A program made the translations under genes and the position numbers. A DNA stretch of 64,000 bases from Octopus sinensis (taxonomy: Eukaryota): contig NC_043004.1 in NCBI RefSeq assembly GCF_006345805.1, positions 55,552,001-55,616,000 on the forward strand, in the 5' to 3' direction. The first letter of the stretch is position 1, and each line of letters opens with the position of its first letter. The notes under the pieces are model-generated. The model was not told the DNA's origin. It searched no databases and saw only the letters and a list, made by a program, of their open reading frames with translations. Positions 51,091 to 64,000 of the stretch are shown here, piece after piece.

Positions 51091-51292
51091 GTTAATCCAA
51101 ACAATAAAGCACAAAAAAAAACACAACAACGCGAGGACGTGGAACAAATATAGTATTATTGGACGCTCAGGAAAGAAGGAAAGAATGAGGGTTTAACGTT
51201 TCGAGCGGAGCTCTTCGTCGAAAACATAGGAGAAATAAAGATCCAGAGAAGGGAAGACAGAGGAAAAAAATCGCCAACGGTATACATGAGGT

Positions 51293-51297
<5 letters not shown>
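51091..51297 (-). mobile_element. Family P1 element
   Basis: (TA)n on both sides; hammerhead-like motif at 51191-51225. Confidence 0.6.
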
Positions 51298-51350
<53 letters not shown>

Positions 51351-51595
51351 TATTAAAATTTCTAAGTCTCTCTAAAGGAGTCAGCGGTACTGGAGATTAA
51401 TAGTCATCGCCAAGCTAATATGGCAGTCCATAAATATAGGACGAATACTGATGTTGATTAGCTCCAAGAGGCCATCGCCTCTAGCTAGCTATGTGACACA
51501 CGAACCTGTGTCCATTATAACCTTCGAACAGGGGAGGTCAGCCGCTTCCCCTTGCGGGTCAGGCATCTGCAGACTAGTTTCAGGGTATTTATATT

Positions 51596-52003
51596 ACTCT
51601 TTTACTCTTTTACTTGTTTCAGTCATTTGACTGCGGCCATGCTGGAGCACTGCCTTTAATCGAGTAACTCGACCCCGGTACTTATTCTTCTGTAAGCCCA
51701 GTACTTATTCTATCGGTCTCTTTTGCCGAACCGCTAAGTAACGGGGACATAAACACACCAGCATCGGTTGTCAAGCAATGCTAGGGGGACAAACACAGAC
51801 ACACAAACACACACACGCATATATATATATACATATATACGACGAGCTTCTTTCAGTTTCCGTCTACCAAATACCAAATCCACTCACAAGGCTTTGGTCG
51901 GCCCGAGGCTATAGTAGAAGACACTTGCCCAAGGTGCCACGCAGTGGGACTGAACCCGGAACCATGTGGTTAGTAAACAAGCTACTTACCACACAGCCAC
52001 TCC
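51596..52003 (-). mobile_element. SINE family A
   Basis: Full match, with a small ACCAAAT duplication. Confidence 0.9.
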
Positions 52004-52046
<43 letters not shown>

Positions 52047-52487
52047 CGCATGATTGGATGCATTCGATGCACGACAATTAAACCATTTATGTTTCAGCTT
52101 CGTGATTAGTTGCGTTAAATTCCTACCATTACATGTTAACACAGGTCCTCTGTATTCGACGGTGGGCTATGACGCACTCAGATATATAGGTGTGTTCGTG
52201 CGAATACATATATGCAAAATAGTTCATAGATATGATTATTTACACACACATGTGTGCGCGTATACGTGTGTGTGTGCGCTCACATTGTATAATTGTCTGT
52301 ATGTATGTATGTATGTATGTATGTATGTATATATGTATGTATGTATGTATGTATGCGTAATTATTTTGATTAATCGGATTATTTCTTTAATCCTTTTGTC
52401 GTTACTCAAGCGTAGTCAACAGTGAATTTGAAATCTCTCTTTGTCTGTCTGCCTGCCTTCTGATCTGTCTGTCTGTCTCTTCCTCTT

Positions 52488-52529
<42 letters not shown>

Positions 52530-52629
52530 GCTCACATATACACACTCAGTGACACTAATTAGAATCAGTTAATAGCAAGTAGCATAAAAAGATGTCATGT
52601 GTGCGCGCGCGTACGTGTATACACACATC

Positions 52630-53123
52630 CCGTAAATCCTCGAGTATAGTCCGCCCTTGAGTATCATACGCAGGGGATTTTTAGGGGGCTGTACCTCTGA
52701 AAAACCTAAACCTTGTGTATAATACGCACCCTTTCTCTAACTTGAGTCAAGGAGGTCTATATAACGTCCTTGGTTTGTAAAACTGTACACGGTAACGTCC
52801 TTTATTATTATTGTATATATAACATAATGCAAACGTGTCGCTTTTCTGTGCATTTTGTTTGCAGAAAATAAAGAAATATCCGGAATAATGTTTAATAAAT
52901 GTTGCTTATTGCAAGTTATGGATGATTCTTTTATGACTTCATTGCTTTCAGGCTTAGCTTAAGGTATTTTCGCGCCCGACATCATAAAATGCGTCTGAAT
53001 AAACATTGCCGGACAGCAAATAGAGACTGGGACATTTCTTAGAAAATAATTTTTATTTTTAACCTCGTGTATAATACGCACTAGGGATTTTGTCCTTTAT
53101 ATTTTATACTCGAGGATTTACGG
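52630..53123. mobile_element. Tc1/mariner-superfamily (pogo-like) MITE
   Basis: TIRs CCGTAAATCCTCGAGTATA / TATACTCGAGGATTTACGG; TA on the right, TC on the left. Confidence 0.8.
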
Positions 53124-53448
53124 TATATAGGAATGCAAACACGCACATATTAATTTTTCCAGGGCAAGGCACCTTATTTCTATTAAAAAGGCGATGCCTT
53201 TTGTACACATCTCCACTCATTTTACTACATCTCATCCTTTAAAATGATGTATTGCGCAGTTTGTTTAATTTTAAGCATAACGTTGTGAAAACCATATGAT
53301 TTAAAGTTTCGGGTGGTTTTGGTAAATATAACGGTTCATTATATATACACAGATACATACAGTTGTGTGTGTGAATGAGAGGGAGAAGGAGAGAGAGAGA
53401 GCGGCAACATATACATATTTTATACACAAACATATATGTATATATAAA

Positions 53449-53654
53449 GTTAATCCAAACAAGAAAACACAAAAAATACACAACAACGCGAGGACGTGGA
53501 ACAAATAAAGTATTATTGGACGCTCAGGAAAGAAGGGAAGAAGGAGGGTTTAACGTTTCGAGCGGAGCTCTTCGTCGGAAACATAGGAGAAGGAAAGATC
53601 CCGAGAAGGGAAGACAGAGGAAAAAAATCGCCAACGGTACAAACGAGGTCACAT
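53449..53654 (-). mobile_element. Family P1 element
   Basis: Best-folding hammerhead-like motif at 53548-53582. Confidence 0.6.
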
Positions 53655-54400
53655 TGGTGTAAAGATATATATGCTCATTCATGCACATATATATAGTGAA
53701 GGCGCGTGGCTTTGTGGTTAGGCTGATGCACTCACGATTGCTAGATCGTGAGTTCGATTTCCAAACCGGATTCCAGTCCTTCTTTCGATCAAGGAGGTAC
53801 GTTGGCCTGCTCGTCTATGCAACAGGGTGTCTTCATTCAAAGGGTAAAACAATGCAAAGCGCATTATGACCAATGATGCTACACAGAGGTCATCAACGCC
53901 ATTACCTAGTTCCTGGGAGCCTTTAGTGAAATCTACTCCGTTAGAAACATTTATGGCTAGGTATCTGGTTTGAAAATTAATCGATATATCGATCTCCTTC
54001 AGCTGTTGAGTGAATCAGGGAGCTTCAACATGGTCACTGAACCTTCTAAAAATCCACCAAATAACATTTTTAGGGCCTCCGTCGGTCAGCTATGACCCTG
54101 CATCTTCACATCTATGTATAGGCCTGGACAAGATATTTTGAAAACAATAAGTTGTTCACACATGCAAGGTGTCCTCTTTACATGCTACCATCGATGTTTA
54201 TTCAAAGGAAAAGCTGCTGACTTGGGTTGATACAACCTACCACCTGTACCGCTCCGGGCTTACTATAAGAACGTGAAGAGCTGGAGCAGATATTGTAAGG
54301 CATCTCGCTCAATTTTCTAACAGTTTTCCGCCAATCCACCGTTGCCATGGATTAGTACCAGGTTGGGTGGAATGATTTTTCGTATTTCAAGCTTTAATTA

Positions 54401-55750
54401 ATAGGTCAAACGAATACCACCTCCCCCACCGCACACACACACAAAAAGATGTTTATTCATGAAAATGCATCCCATCATATTCTAATGTCTACTACAACCA
54501 TTGTACCAGAAGTTGAATTCCATAATTATACCTATTTCTTTATTACCCACAAGGGGCTAAACACAGAGGGGACAAACAAGGACAGACAAACGGATTAAGT
54601 CGATTACATCGACCCCAGTGCGTAACTGGTACTTAATTTATCGACCCCGAAAGGATGAAAGGCAAAGTCGACCTCGGCGGAATTTGAACTCACAACGTAA
54701 CGGCAGACGAAATACCGCTAAGCATTTCGCCCGGCGTGCTAACGTTTCTGCCAGCTCGCAGAATAATTCCATAATTATACCATTTGGCTAGAAGCAAAGA
54801 AGTTATTGTACCCGTTTTCAACCTCAACCATGCTGTTGAACTTCCATCTGTGCAGGAAAAGGTCCGGACTGCAGACAAGGTGAGGCAGCACTTTCAGTCT
54901 TTCAAGTTCCTCAAGTTTGCGCTTGGTCACAAAGGCAGCATGTGCGGGGCATTGCCATGCAGTAGGAATGTGCGATTTCGACTGACCAATGCTAGGTAAC
55001 GGGCTTTCAAAACATCATATACTCCATGCAGTTGTTGAGCATAAAGGCTAGCGTTCACAGTTTGGCCATCTGGGAGAAAGCCAAAGTACAACACCCCCTC
55101 AAAATTCCACCAAACACGCAACATGACCTTCTATTGAAACCACTCTTTTCTGACAATAGATCCTGAAGCCTGGCTAGAACGAAGCCACTGGTTTCTCTTA
55201 TTAGGATTTCGAAAATAGAGCCATTTTTCAAATTCAGTTACAATTCGACGCTAAAAGTGAGCATCGCGAGTATTTTCCAGCAGTTGTTTGCAAATGTTCA
55301 CACATCGTTGAACGTGGTCATTGGTAATTTCATGTGGAGCTTCTTGACAACATCTGTTCACAAGTCCGAGCTTATGGATGTCGATTGATTGAGTGTAAAG
55401 GGCCAAGTTCTGCCAACAATATACGAGTGCTTGTGCTTGGCCTCATCTTCCACAACAGAAGATCTCCCTAACTTCGATTTGTCTTCAAGGCTGGTGTCGT
55501 CTTTGAAATGTCTGAACTAGCTTTTTTTCTTGTCACACGTTCCTTGACAGTTCCTGGGCCTTCCACATCATTAACTTCTTTTCCCGCTACCCTTGCACCC
55601 AGTTCTTTTCTTCTTTTTTTTCCCACAGATAGCGTAAAATAGCTCTAATTGTAATTTTTTATCTACTCATTATCAAAGCTGTAAAATAAAGAATAAGCAA
55701 TTAATGTTTATATAATATATGTGAAAATAAAGAATAAACAATTTAGCAAC
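54401..55750 (-). mobile_element. Mariner transposase relic interrupted by SINE B
   Basis: ATG at 55670 (MSR*KITIRAILRYLW), KVMLRVWWNFEGVLYFGFLPDGQTVNASLYAQQL..FLLHGNAPH, C-terminus WYNYGIQLLVQW..EYDGMHFHE* ending 54453. Confidence 0.85.
54533..54764 (-). mobile_element. SINE family B
   Basis: 17-bp TSD AATTCCATAATTATACC (54516-54532, 54765-54781). Confidence 0.92.
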
Positions 55751-56814
55751 GATTGCACAAGTTGCATCAAATTAATGATATAACACGAAATACAAGTTGC
55801 CAAAAATCATCAGTGAAACCCACCTCCAAAACTTGACTTAAATAGGTACTGTTTTATCGACCTCAAAAGGATGAAAGGCAAAGTTAATCTCAATGAGATT
55901 TGAACTCAGAGTACAGAGTCGGAAAAATTATCACAAGACGTTTCGTCCTACGTCCTTATAGCTCAGTGGATCGTCTGCTCTGGACTCGTATATTTTCATC
56001 GATCCCAAAAGGATGAAAAACGGTGTTAACTTTGACGGGATATGAACTCAGAGTGCAGAAAGTCGGAACAAATATTGTAAAACATCTGGTGTGACCCATA
56101 ATAGTTCTGGGCTGGTCTTTTTTATTTTTATAGAACCCGAAATGACAAAAAGCAATCCTAACCGCAACGAGATCTGAAATCGATGTGTAAAGCCATATGA
56201 CGTGGCATTCAATAGGACACGACTCTGCTAATTCACCGCCCTCAAACCACATCCTACGGATGAAGGAATCAGACTGTCGTGATCTTTATAAAACTATCTT
56301 TTTTCTTTCTTTTACTTGTTTCAGTCATTAAACTGCAGCCATACTGGGGCACCATCTTGAAGGGTTTTAGTCGAACAAATTGACTCTAGTACTTGATTTT
56401 TAAATATGGTTCTTATCCTATCAGTCTCTTTTGCTGGACCACTAAGTTGAACGCGCAGTGGGACTGAACTCAAGATCATATGGTTGGGAAGGAAACTTCC
56501 TAACCATACATCCACGCCTGCGCATCGTGTCAGTAAAAAAAAAAATGATTTAGTGGTTACAGGTTTCCAACAGACCAAATACTAGTTGAGGACATTTTGA
56601 CTGCAAAAACGTGATAAGGATGTTTCTAATTCGAAGCCGAATTAATGTCTCAGATATATTTAATCCTAAACCTTCTCAATCAAGCAGATCTAGGATTAAA
56701 GTATTACTACACATGTATTGTAAGTTTTCCATCTTCGTCTCCAAATCTCGGATGTTCTGCAAAGGATTATAATCTCTGTTTCTGTTCTTCTAACATTGAT
56801 ATAAAGGGAGAAGG

Positions 56815-56817
56815 AGA

Positions 56818-56870
<53 letters not shown>

Positions 56871-57109
56871 ACGAAGTGAGAGAAAGAAAGGAAGAGGAGA
56901 AAAGGGAGAAAGGACAGAAGAGAAAGGGGGAGGTAGAGAAAGAGAGACAGAGAAAGGGGGAGGGAGAGAAAGAGAGACAGAGAAAGGGGAGGGAGAGAAA
57001 GAGAGACAGAGAAAGGGGGAGGGAGAGAAAGAGAGAGAGAGAAAACGTGTGAGAGAAAAGCAAAAGGAGAGAGAAAAAGGAAGAGAGAGAGAGAGAGAGA
57101 GACCGATTG

Positions 57110-57146
<37 letters not shown>

Positions 57147-57165
57147 AAAAAGAGAAGGAAAGAGA
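56815..57165. repeat. Polypurine (GA)n tract with short tandem units
   Basis: (GA)n runs plus repeated GAGAAAGAGAGACAGAGAAAGGGGGAGG. Confidence 0.9.
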
Positions 57166-58458
57166 GAATTACCAGTTTTGTGAGATCTTAATTTTTTTCT
57201 CCATAGATATTTATAGACCAATCATGGGGGAAAATGCGGCCAGCTGAACTTCCTGAATGGCACACCTTAATGAAAAAAATACCTTGAATCGTTTTAGTAG
57301 TGCGCCTCGCCTGATACTGAGCCAGTTCCATTGTGGCCTGTTTCTTGATAAAGGTTGCCCATGCCTGTATAGACTCTGGAAACAGAAACGATACAGCAAT
57401 TTGGTGGATATTGAGCTACCAAGTTATTGGTTCCTGATTTCAATACATCGCATATTTCTCTCTCTCTCTCTCTCTCTTTTGAATCCAACATTTTTATCTT
57501 TCAGAGTTTCTATTCTCTTCAGCGATCTGGGAATAGATACCTTATTTTCCAATCTGTTTGACACAGCCCTGGATACATTCCAACGTTCACGAAAGTTCAT
57601 GGTTAAATGCCTGTGAGGAATAATCAGATATTTTAACCGAACGATTAGTTTACTAATATAATCTATAAAATGATGAACGCATAAACTAGCAAACTGACGT
57701 CAAAAAATATTTTCAATTATATTTGTCAAAACATTGGAAAATGTCCGGGTTTCAAATGCTTTCAATTTTCTCGAAATTACTCACATATTGCGATTCTTGA
57801 ATGTCAGCTGGGTAATGTCAATAAGTATTGGAATATGCACACAGACACACAAACACATACACGTTCATTAGGATACATACACACACACACACAAACATAC
57901 ATACACACATACATACATACATACATACATACAACATACATACATACATACATACATACATACATACATACATACATGCGCACTCCCACTCCCACTCGCA
58001 CACTCGCACACACATAGCAGTGAGGGAGAAAGAGAGAAGTAAGAAAAGAACATATTTACATGCGTGTTTGAGGTTTTTTTTTTGCTGGAAGAATTTTACG
58101 CATTGTATGTTTGTGTGTGTGTGTGTGTGTGTATGTGTGTGTGCGTGCGGATGTATGTATGTGTGTGTAGTGAATTATATCAAGTAGAAATTAAGATGTT
58201 CCCAGCTTTGTTGCACGAAACGACAACCACGAAACAGAAGCCTAAAAACATTACAATAAATAGTGGTTTCAAATTTTTGCACAAGGCCAGCAATTTCGGG
58301 GAAGGGCGTAACTCGATTACAACGACCCCAGTTCATCAACTAGTACTTATTTTATCGACCCCAAAAAGATGAATTAGGATAAATTAGGAATATATGAATA
58401 TTATTCACTTAAATCACAATGTAAATTATCGATGCTAATTAGAATTGTCAGAATACTG

Positions 58459-59198
58459 GGATTTTTACCTTTTGACGTACAGATATAAAAAATAATTTTT
58501 TGTAACTAAACACTTTCAATCTTTGGACACTGGTAGAATGTGTCATATAAGCCATCTTTTACTCTTAGCATTTTTGAGAAAAACTTATATTTGCGAAGTA
58601 ATTTCACGTTAAAGTAGGCCTATTTCGGTAATTTCGACCAATCAATGACGTGTATTCACCTGAATAAAATTACTGCCGTTGTTTGTCATCAACAACTATC
58701 GGCGGTGTATTTTTCGTTTGTTACTGTTATTTATGACAACCCTAACCCTAAAACCCTAAAACCCTAAACCTAACCTTAAATCCTTACCCGTAACCCTAAC
58801 CCTAAAACCCTAACCATAACCCTGAAACCTTAACCCTAAAACCCTAACCCTAAAACCCTAACCCTAAAATCCTAACCCTAACCCTAAAACCTTAAAGCTA
58901 AAACAAACGCACAAACGATGTCATAAATAACAGTGACAAATGAAAAATACACCGCCGATAGTTGTTGTTGACAAACAACGGCAGTAATTTTATTCAAGCG
59001 AATACACGTTATTGATTGGTTGAAATTACCGAAATAGGCCTACTTTAACGTGAAATTACTTCGCAAATATAAGTTTTTCTCGAAAATGCTAAGAGTAAAA
59101 GATGTTTTATATGACACATTCTACCAGTGTCCAAAGATTGAAAGTGTTTAGTTACAAAAGATTATTTTTTAAATCTGTACGTCAAAAGGTAAAGATCC
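58459..59198. mobile_element. Foldback DNA transposon, ~280-bp TIRs, central telomere-like array
   Basis: 8-bp TSD GAATACTG; termini GGATTTTTACCT / AGGTAAAGATCC; centre (CCCTAA/CCCTAAAA)n at ~58738-58900. Confidence 0.9.
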
Positions 59199-59236
59199 GA
59201 ATACTGTTAAAAAAAGGAAGCTACTATAGAAACATA

Positions 59237-60044
59237 GAATCTTTTCCTTTTGAACGGCAGTTTTCAACACAATTTCTAGTTAACTAAACACTTTTAAACT
59301 TCGTATACTGGCAGAATGTGTTTTAAAACATCATTTTTTGTTGGCTTTATTGAGAAAATTCTATAGTTTGTAAGAAATTTTCACTTTAAAATCGAGCATT
59401 TCGACAATTTTAACCAATCGCTGGAGTCCATTTGGGCGAAAACATTCCGTGCTGTATGAATATGTCCCTCCTTTAAGAAATAGATTGGGTTTATTTACAT
59501 TTGCGAAGAAAAAAAGATACCCTTCCCCCACCCCTAACTTAACCCTAACCCTAAAACAGATTGAAATGCAATAGATCGATACTAGGGTTATAATTATGGG
59601 TGACAATTTCATACGACACCGCTACGGAAAATGGGATTTTTTTCTAGCGGTGTCAAATGAAAATGTCACCCATAATTATAACCCTAGTATCGATCTATTG
59701 CATTTCAATCTGTTTTAGGGTTAGGGTTAGTCAGCGTAGGGTTAGGGTTAGGGTTAGGGGTGGGGTTAGGGTTAAGTTAGGGGTGGGAGAAGGGTATCTT
59801 TTTTTCTTCGCAAATGTTTCTTAAAGCACGGAATGTTGTTTACCTAAATGGAGGTCAGCGATTGGTTAAAATTGCCGAAATACTCGATTTTAAAGTGGAA
59901 ATATCTTACAAACCATAGAATTTTCTCAATAAAGCCAAGAAAAAAATGATGTTTTATAAACACATTCTACCAGTATACGAAGTTTAGAAGTGTTTAGTTA
60001 ACTAGAAATTGTGTTGACATATGCCGTTCAAAAGGAAAAGATCC
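59237..60044. mobile_element. Foldback DNA transposon, near-complete ~800-bp palindrome
   Basis: 8-bp TSD GAAACATA; termini GAATCTTTTCC / GGAAAAGATCC; CCCTAA and TTAGGG runs in opposite arms; centre ~59622-59645. Confidence 0.9.
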
Positions 60045-60068
60045 GAAACATAAAATGAAACACTAGAG

Positions 60069-60210
60069 CAGTCACGGGCAAAATGCGGCCCGCGGGACTT
60101 TCTGAATAGCACGCTCGATTTCACGAGGAAAATAACATACACGTCATTTTCTTTTTGTAATGAGACGTGTCTCATGCAGTCTGCTTCTCGAGAACGTTTG
60201 TCCAAGCTTG
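60069..60210. mobile_element. Degenerate hAT (Charlie-like) MITE
   Basis: CAGTCACGGGCAAAATGCGGCCCGCGGG start; flanks CACTAGAG / CCCTAGAG. Confidence 0.6.
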
Positions 60211-60502
60211 CCCTAGAGTTAACTTTTGGAAATTAATTACCACAAGGTCTAATAAGAAAACCGGTATTTTCCAGAGGTCACTTTTACAATGATTTAAAAT
60301 AAGTATAATAAGTATGTTATTGCAGTTCTAGTGAGGAAATATGTTAGATATGAAAGAGAAAACAGATATCAGAGACAACTGTATCTACAAAAAAATCTCT
60401 ATCTATTATTTGCTCTTTGGTTTAGTTATACAAATTTTGTTTGCTTTCGTCTTGCAGAAAAAAGCTTCAAATTCCCTTCGAGTTCAAACAATTCTTACAC
60501 GT

Positions 60503-60534
<32 letters not shown>

Positions 60535-60565
60535 GACACTCACACACACAAATATATATACATAC

Positions 60566-60701
<136 letters not shown>

Positions 60702-60925
60702 ATATATTTGTGTGAGTTTAATCTTTATACTGAATCAATATATTTTAACTAGATTTAATAATCTACAGCAGCTGGCGTATTTGATTACCTGATAAGGACA
60801 GTTTCGCTTCCAATGTTAATAAATTAACAGATATATGCCTGTACATATATACACGCATAACCCCTACAAGAAGGATCGATCAACGTAATTGATTTTCTTC
60901 TTGAAACCATCTAAAGTAAATATAA

Positions 60926-61289
60926 CTAGAGCACTCAGAGCGCAAACCTCCGCCAGGGCAACACCAACGTACTCTCAACAATTAGCCAGAGAGAATATCT
61001 GAAATAAACTCGACTGATCTCACAAACAAGAATACTAAAAATGAACCCGCCCGCTCTCAAATATTAAGTAAAAAAAAAAAGAAAAAAAAAGAAAAAAACG
61101 GAAATAATTCAGAATAATCCTTGTCCGGTACCGGATCGATCCCCAAATCTAATCAGTTTGTGGCAGACCCGAGGCCAAACATCTCTGAAAGTTTCATCTG
61201 AATCCATCCAGCAGTTCTTGAGATATCTTGTCCACGGACAAACAAGCAAACATGACTGAAAACAATACCTCCGCCTTCGCTAGAGGTAA
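60926..61289 (-). mobile_element. Helentron/HINE-like non-autonomous element
   Basis: 5' TTACCTC..GGCGGAGGT hairpin, GGCGGAGGT repeated near the 3' end, short palindrome GCGCTCTGAGTGC, then CTAG|TT. Confidence 0.6.
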
Positions 61290-61291
61290 CT

Positions 61292-61696
61292 CGAAATGCT
61301 TAGCGGTATTTCGTCTGCGTTACGTTGTGAATTCAAATTCCGCCGAGGTCGACTTTGCCTTTCATCCTTTCGGGGTCGATAAATTAAGTACCAGTTACGC
61401 ACTGGGGTCGATGTAATCGACTTAATCCGTTTGTCTGTCCTTGCTTGTCCCCTGTGTTTAGCCCCTTGTGGGTAATAAAGAAATAGGTATAATTGTGGAA
61501 TTCAACTTCTGGTACAATGACATTAGAATATGATGGGATGCATTTTCATGAATAAACATCTTTTTTGTGTGTGTGTGCGGTGGGGGAGGTGGTATTCGTT
61601 TGACCTATTAATTAAAGCTTGAAATACGAAAAATCATTCCACTCAACCTGATACTAATCCATGGCAACGGTGGATTGGCGGAAAACTGTTAGAAAA
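61292..61696 (+). repeat. Inverted duplicate of 54313-54729 (partial SINE B plus mariner tail plus flank)
   Basis: Reverse-complement match, including the diagnostic GTTGTGA variant and the non-repeat flank. Confidence 0.9.
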
Positions 61697-62153
61697 CTCC
61701 AGTTGTTTTGAAAATGCCGCATGATGGTTTGCTTGTGGAAATTTTTATCACAGAAATAATCAAAGAATGTCTTTTGGGAACCAACGAAAAATATTAATTT
61801 TATTAAACCAGTTGAAAAAAAGAAGCCCAGCTATTTATAATTATAATGATATGTTTGTGTTTTTTTAATAAATGACATTAACATAGAGAATTAGCGAGAA
61901 TGTCGGACCTTGACCTAAGGTCAATAACAAAGATATAATTACCTGACAGTGGTGAACTTTGTAGTCAATAAATAAATAAATATTTATCACATTAAGTATC
62001 ACCTGTTTCGTTAGTAATAAAGTTGCGAGGCTATCTGTCTGTCTGTCTGTCTGTCTCTCAATATGTATGTATGTTCCGCATATATGTGCCAATATTTCTA
62101 AGTATGTGTGTGCATACGTGTATGTGTATGTGTGTGTGTTTGTTCGTTTGTTT

Positions 62154-62565
62154 CGATCTTTTCGGTTTGAACGGCAGTTTTTTCTAGCGGTGTCATATGA
62201 AATTGTCACCCATAATTATGACCCTAGTATCGATCTATTGCATTTCAATCTGTTTTAGGGTTAAGGGTGGTGGGAAGGGTATCTTTTTTTCTTCACAAAT
62301 GTAAATAAACCCAATCTGTTTCTTAAATGAGGGACATATTCATACGGCACAGAATGTTTTTTTTTTATCTCAATAGAGGTCAGTGATTGGTTGAAATTGC
62401 AGAAATTGAAGAAAAACAACAAATTTCTTACAAACTATAGAATTTTCTCAATAAAACCAAGAGAAAAAGATGCTTTATAAACACATTCTACCAGTATACA
62501 AAGTTTACAATTTTTTAGTTACCTAGAAATTATGTTAAAAACTGCCGTTCAAACCGAAAAGATCC
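62154..62565. mobile_element. Internally deleted copy of the 59237-60044 foldback family
   Basis: 8-bp TSD GTTTGTTT; short left terminus CGATCTTTTCGGTTTGAACGGCAG joined to the element centre; full right arm. Confidence 0.88.
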
Positions 62566-62610
62566 GTTTGTTTGTTTGTGTGTGTGTTTGTGTGTCTGGG
62601 GGGGGGGGGT

Positions 62611-63164
62611 GTATGTATTCCAAAGTTTAACATATTTCTTACGGGAGCCGGATACAATTTGACGATTGTCACTTGAAAATAAGATTATTAAAAAAATCGT
62701 TCCTGTTATCATAAATTTAGTGTCGGCACGGCACCTATTGCTTCTTTTCTTTCATTTTCAGTTAATATTCAGAAACTCGGGTCTGTGAGTATCTCGTCAG
62801 GCTGGAGATGGTCCTCTGTTTCTCTGTTGTTTTGCTTATTTTATATTTCTTATAACTGACTTGTGTTTTTCATTATCCTAAATAGATTTATGATTTTGGC
62901 TTTTTCTGCCCCAGGAACTTGAAAGGGCAAAATTTCTATTTGATGACATGACCACATCTGACACAAAATAGTTGTGTCCCCCTTCAGAGATTTCTTGGCA
63001 CAGCCATACTGATGTCGTTCATCTTTAGTCAATGTCACCAGTATTAGAGTTTTGTCTCTTGAGGAAGAAACAATATTATCTTGGTTGATTTGAGTTGTAG
63101 CAATTCGTTTAACCCATCCAACAAATCCTCTTAGGGTTCAACGTAAAGTCGATTGCTCAGTCAT
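62611..63164 (-). pseudogene. RACK1: Disrupted, 3'-truncated RACK1 (GNB2L1) copy
   Basis: From ATG 63164: MTEQSTLR*TLRGFVGWVKRIATTQINQDNIVSSSRDKTLILVTLTKDERHQYGCAKKSLKG, a frameshift, then GHNYFVSDVVMSSNRNFALSSSW. After a 195-nt non-matching gap (62910-62716) comes [22 protein letters not shown]. This is collinear with the RACK1 WD40 repeats 1-3 (MTEQMTLRGTLKGHNGWV...SRDKT...GHSHFVSDVV...[22 protein letters not shown]). In-frame TGA at 63140-63138. Confidence 0.85.
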
Positions 63165-64000
63165 GTTTGTTCTGTGTTCCGTCAAGATTTCTAGCTATTA
63201 AACTCGTACAGAGAAAGCCTAGTCCATGCTAAATGGCTGCCGCCACCAAGAATGCTTCGCGAAGAGGGTGATTTGACATACTGCAGGATGAAAAACAAAA
63301 CCTGCTAAAGGACGAATGAACTCATTAAAATCAACAGTCATTCGGTACTGTGTACACAAAACTGGTCTTGCTATTTCTCACGGACAGCAATAGTCTCAGC
63401 AACAATCACAGACAAACTGGTGACTTTAAAGCAGAAAACACGGTGACGGTGTGGAGGAGTGACACACTTTCAACAATGGGTACAACAGGTCCCACTAAGC
63501 ATAGAAACATGAGAATAAGAAAATAAGCACGGTGTACCATATTACTGAGAGTGAGTGACCCCTAGACCTCGTTAGGACAGGGCTTGAAGTGAAGAAAGAC
63601 TCCGATTTTTTTTTTGTGCTCAGAGTGTAGGACTGGTTGTGTGCAAGGTCTCTCTTCACTTTAAAAGGCATCATGCACAGGTATCGCTTGACGTACTATC
63701 ACCATCATCTTATACTCGAGAACGAGGAAGCAGCTATTACACACACACACGCACACACACAGATTATTCTTGCAAAGTCTTTGCAATGCAAATTGAACGT
63801 ATTTCTATTCTGTTCTTTAGTTGTCTGGTGTTTCTTGGAGGTATGTCTACATCATAAAATGTTCATTACGACTCTTTTTGCACTACAGTTTACGAAAGTA
63901 TAGAAATTTGTGAAATATAATTATATGGAAAGCCTAATAGCTAAAATCGGAATATATATAGAATATATTCTGTATTTATTTAAGCATGAAGTTTGGTTTA

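Noticed and set aside
58738-59780. True telomere or chromosome fusion site
   Set aside because: The repeats are short, degenerate and enclosed by TIRs with 8-bp TSDs.
62762-62784. 23-nt plus-strand micro-exon (TTTCAG|...|GTGAGT) inside the RACK1 interruption
   Set aside because: No partner exons or gene on the plus strand; such signals arise by chance in AT-rich DNA.

Overview
AT-rich, repeat-saturated animal DNA with one 100-N scaffold gap (32303-32402). The SINE/LINE repertoire, long (TA)n/(CA)n tracts and (TTAGGG)-type repeats point to a coleoid cephalopod, most likely Octopus; this is inferred from recall, not from a search. Host-gene content is small. There is one convincing coding exon (minus strand, 30083-29915): a signal peptide plus the N-terminus of a CREC-family (reticulocalbin/calumenin-like) protein, followed by an intron that apparently runs off the left end of the window. 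There is also a disrupted, 3'-truncated RACK1 copy (minus strand, 63164-62611). The rest is mobile DNA: at least four tRNA-derived SINE families, CR1, RTE and L2-like LINE fragments, Tc1 and mariner relics, hAT, piggyBac and pogo-like MITEs, and a Helitron cluster (35.8-50.6 kb) with a RepHel helicase relic and a head-to-tail pair carrying captured sequence. Three 8-bp-TSD foldback elements contain telomere-like repeats, and several short Penelope-like termini carry hammerhead-ribozyme-like cores. Nearly all ORFs in the supplied track are repeat or microsatellite artefacts. The best leads are: a ~200-nt element with a variant hammerhead-like core found mostly in (TA)n; tandem Helitrons with captured cargo; telomeric foldback elements; a CpG step near 27.8 kb consistent with gene-body methylation; and the RACK1 copy. 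I cannot demonstrate a wholly new biological system from sequence alone. Parts of the assembly look error-rich, so single-copy oddities need read-level checks.
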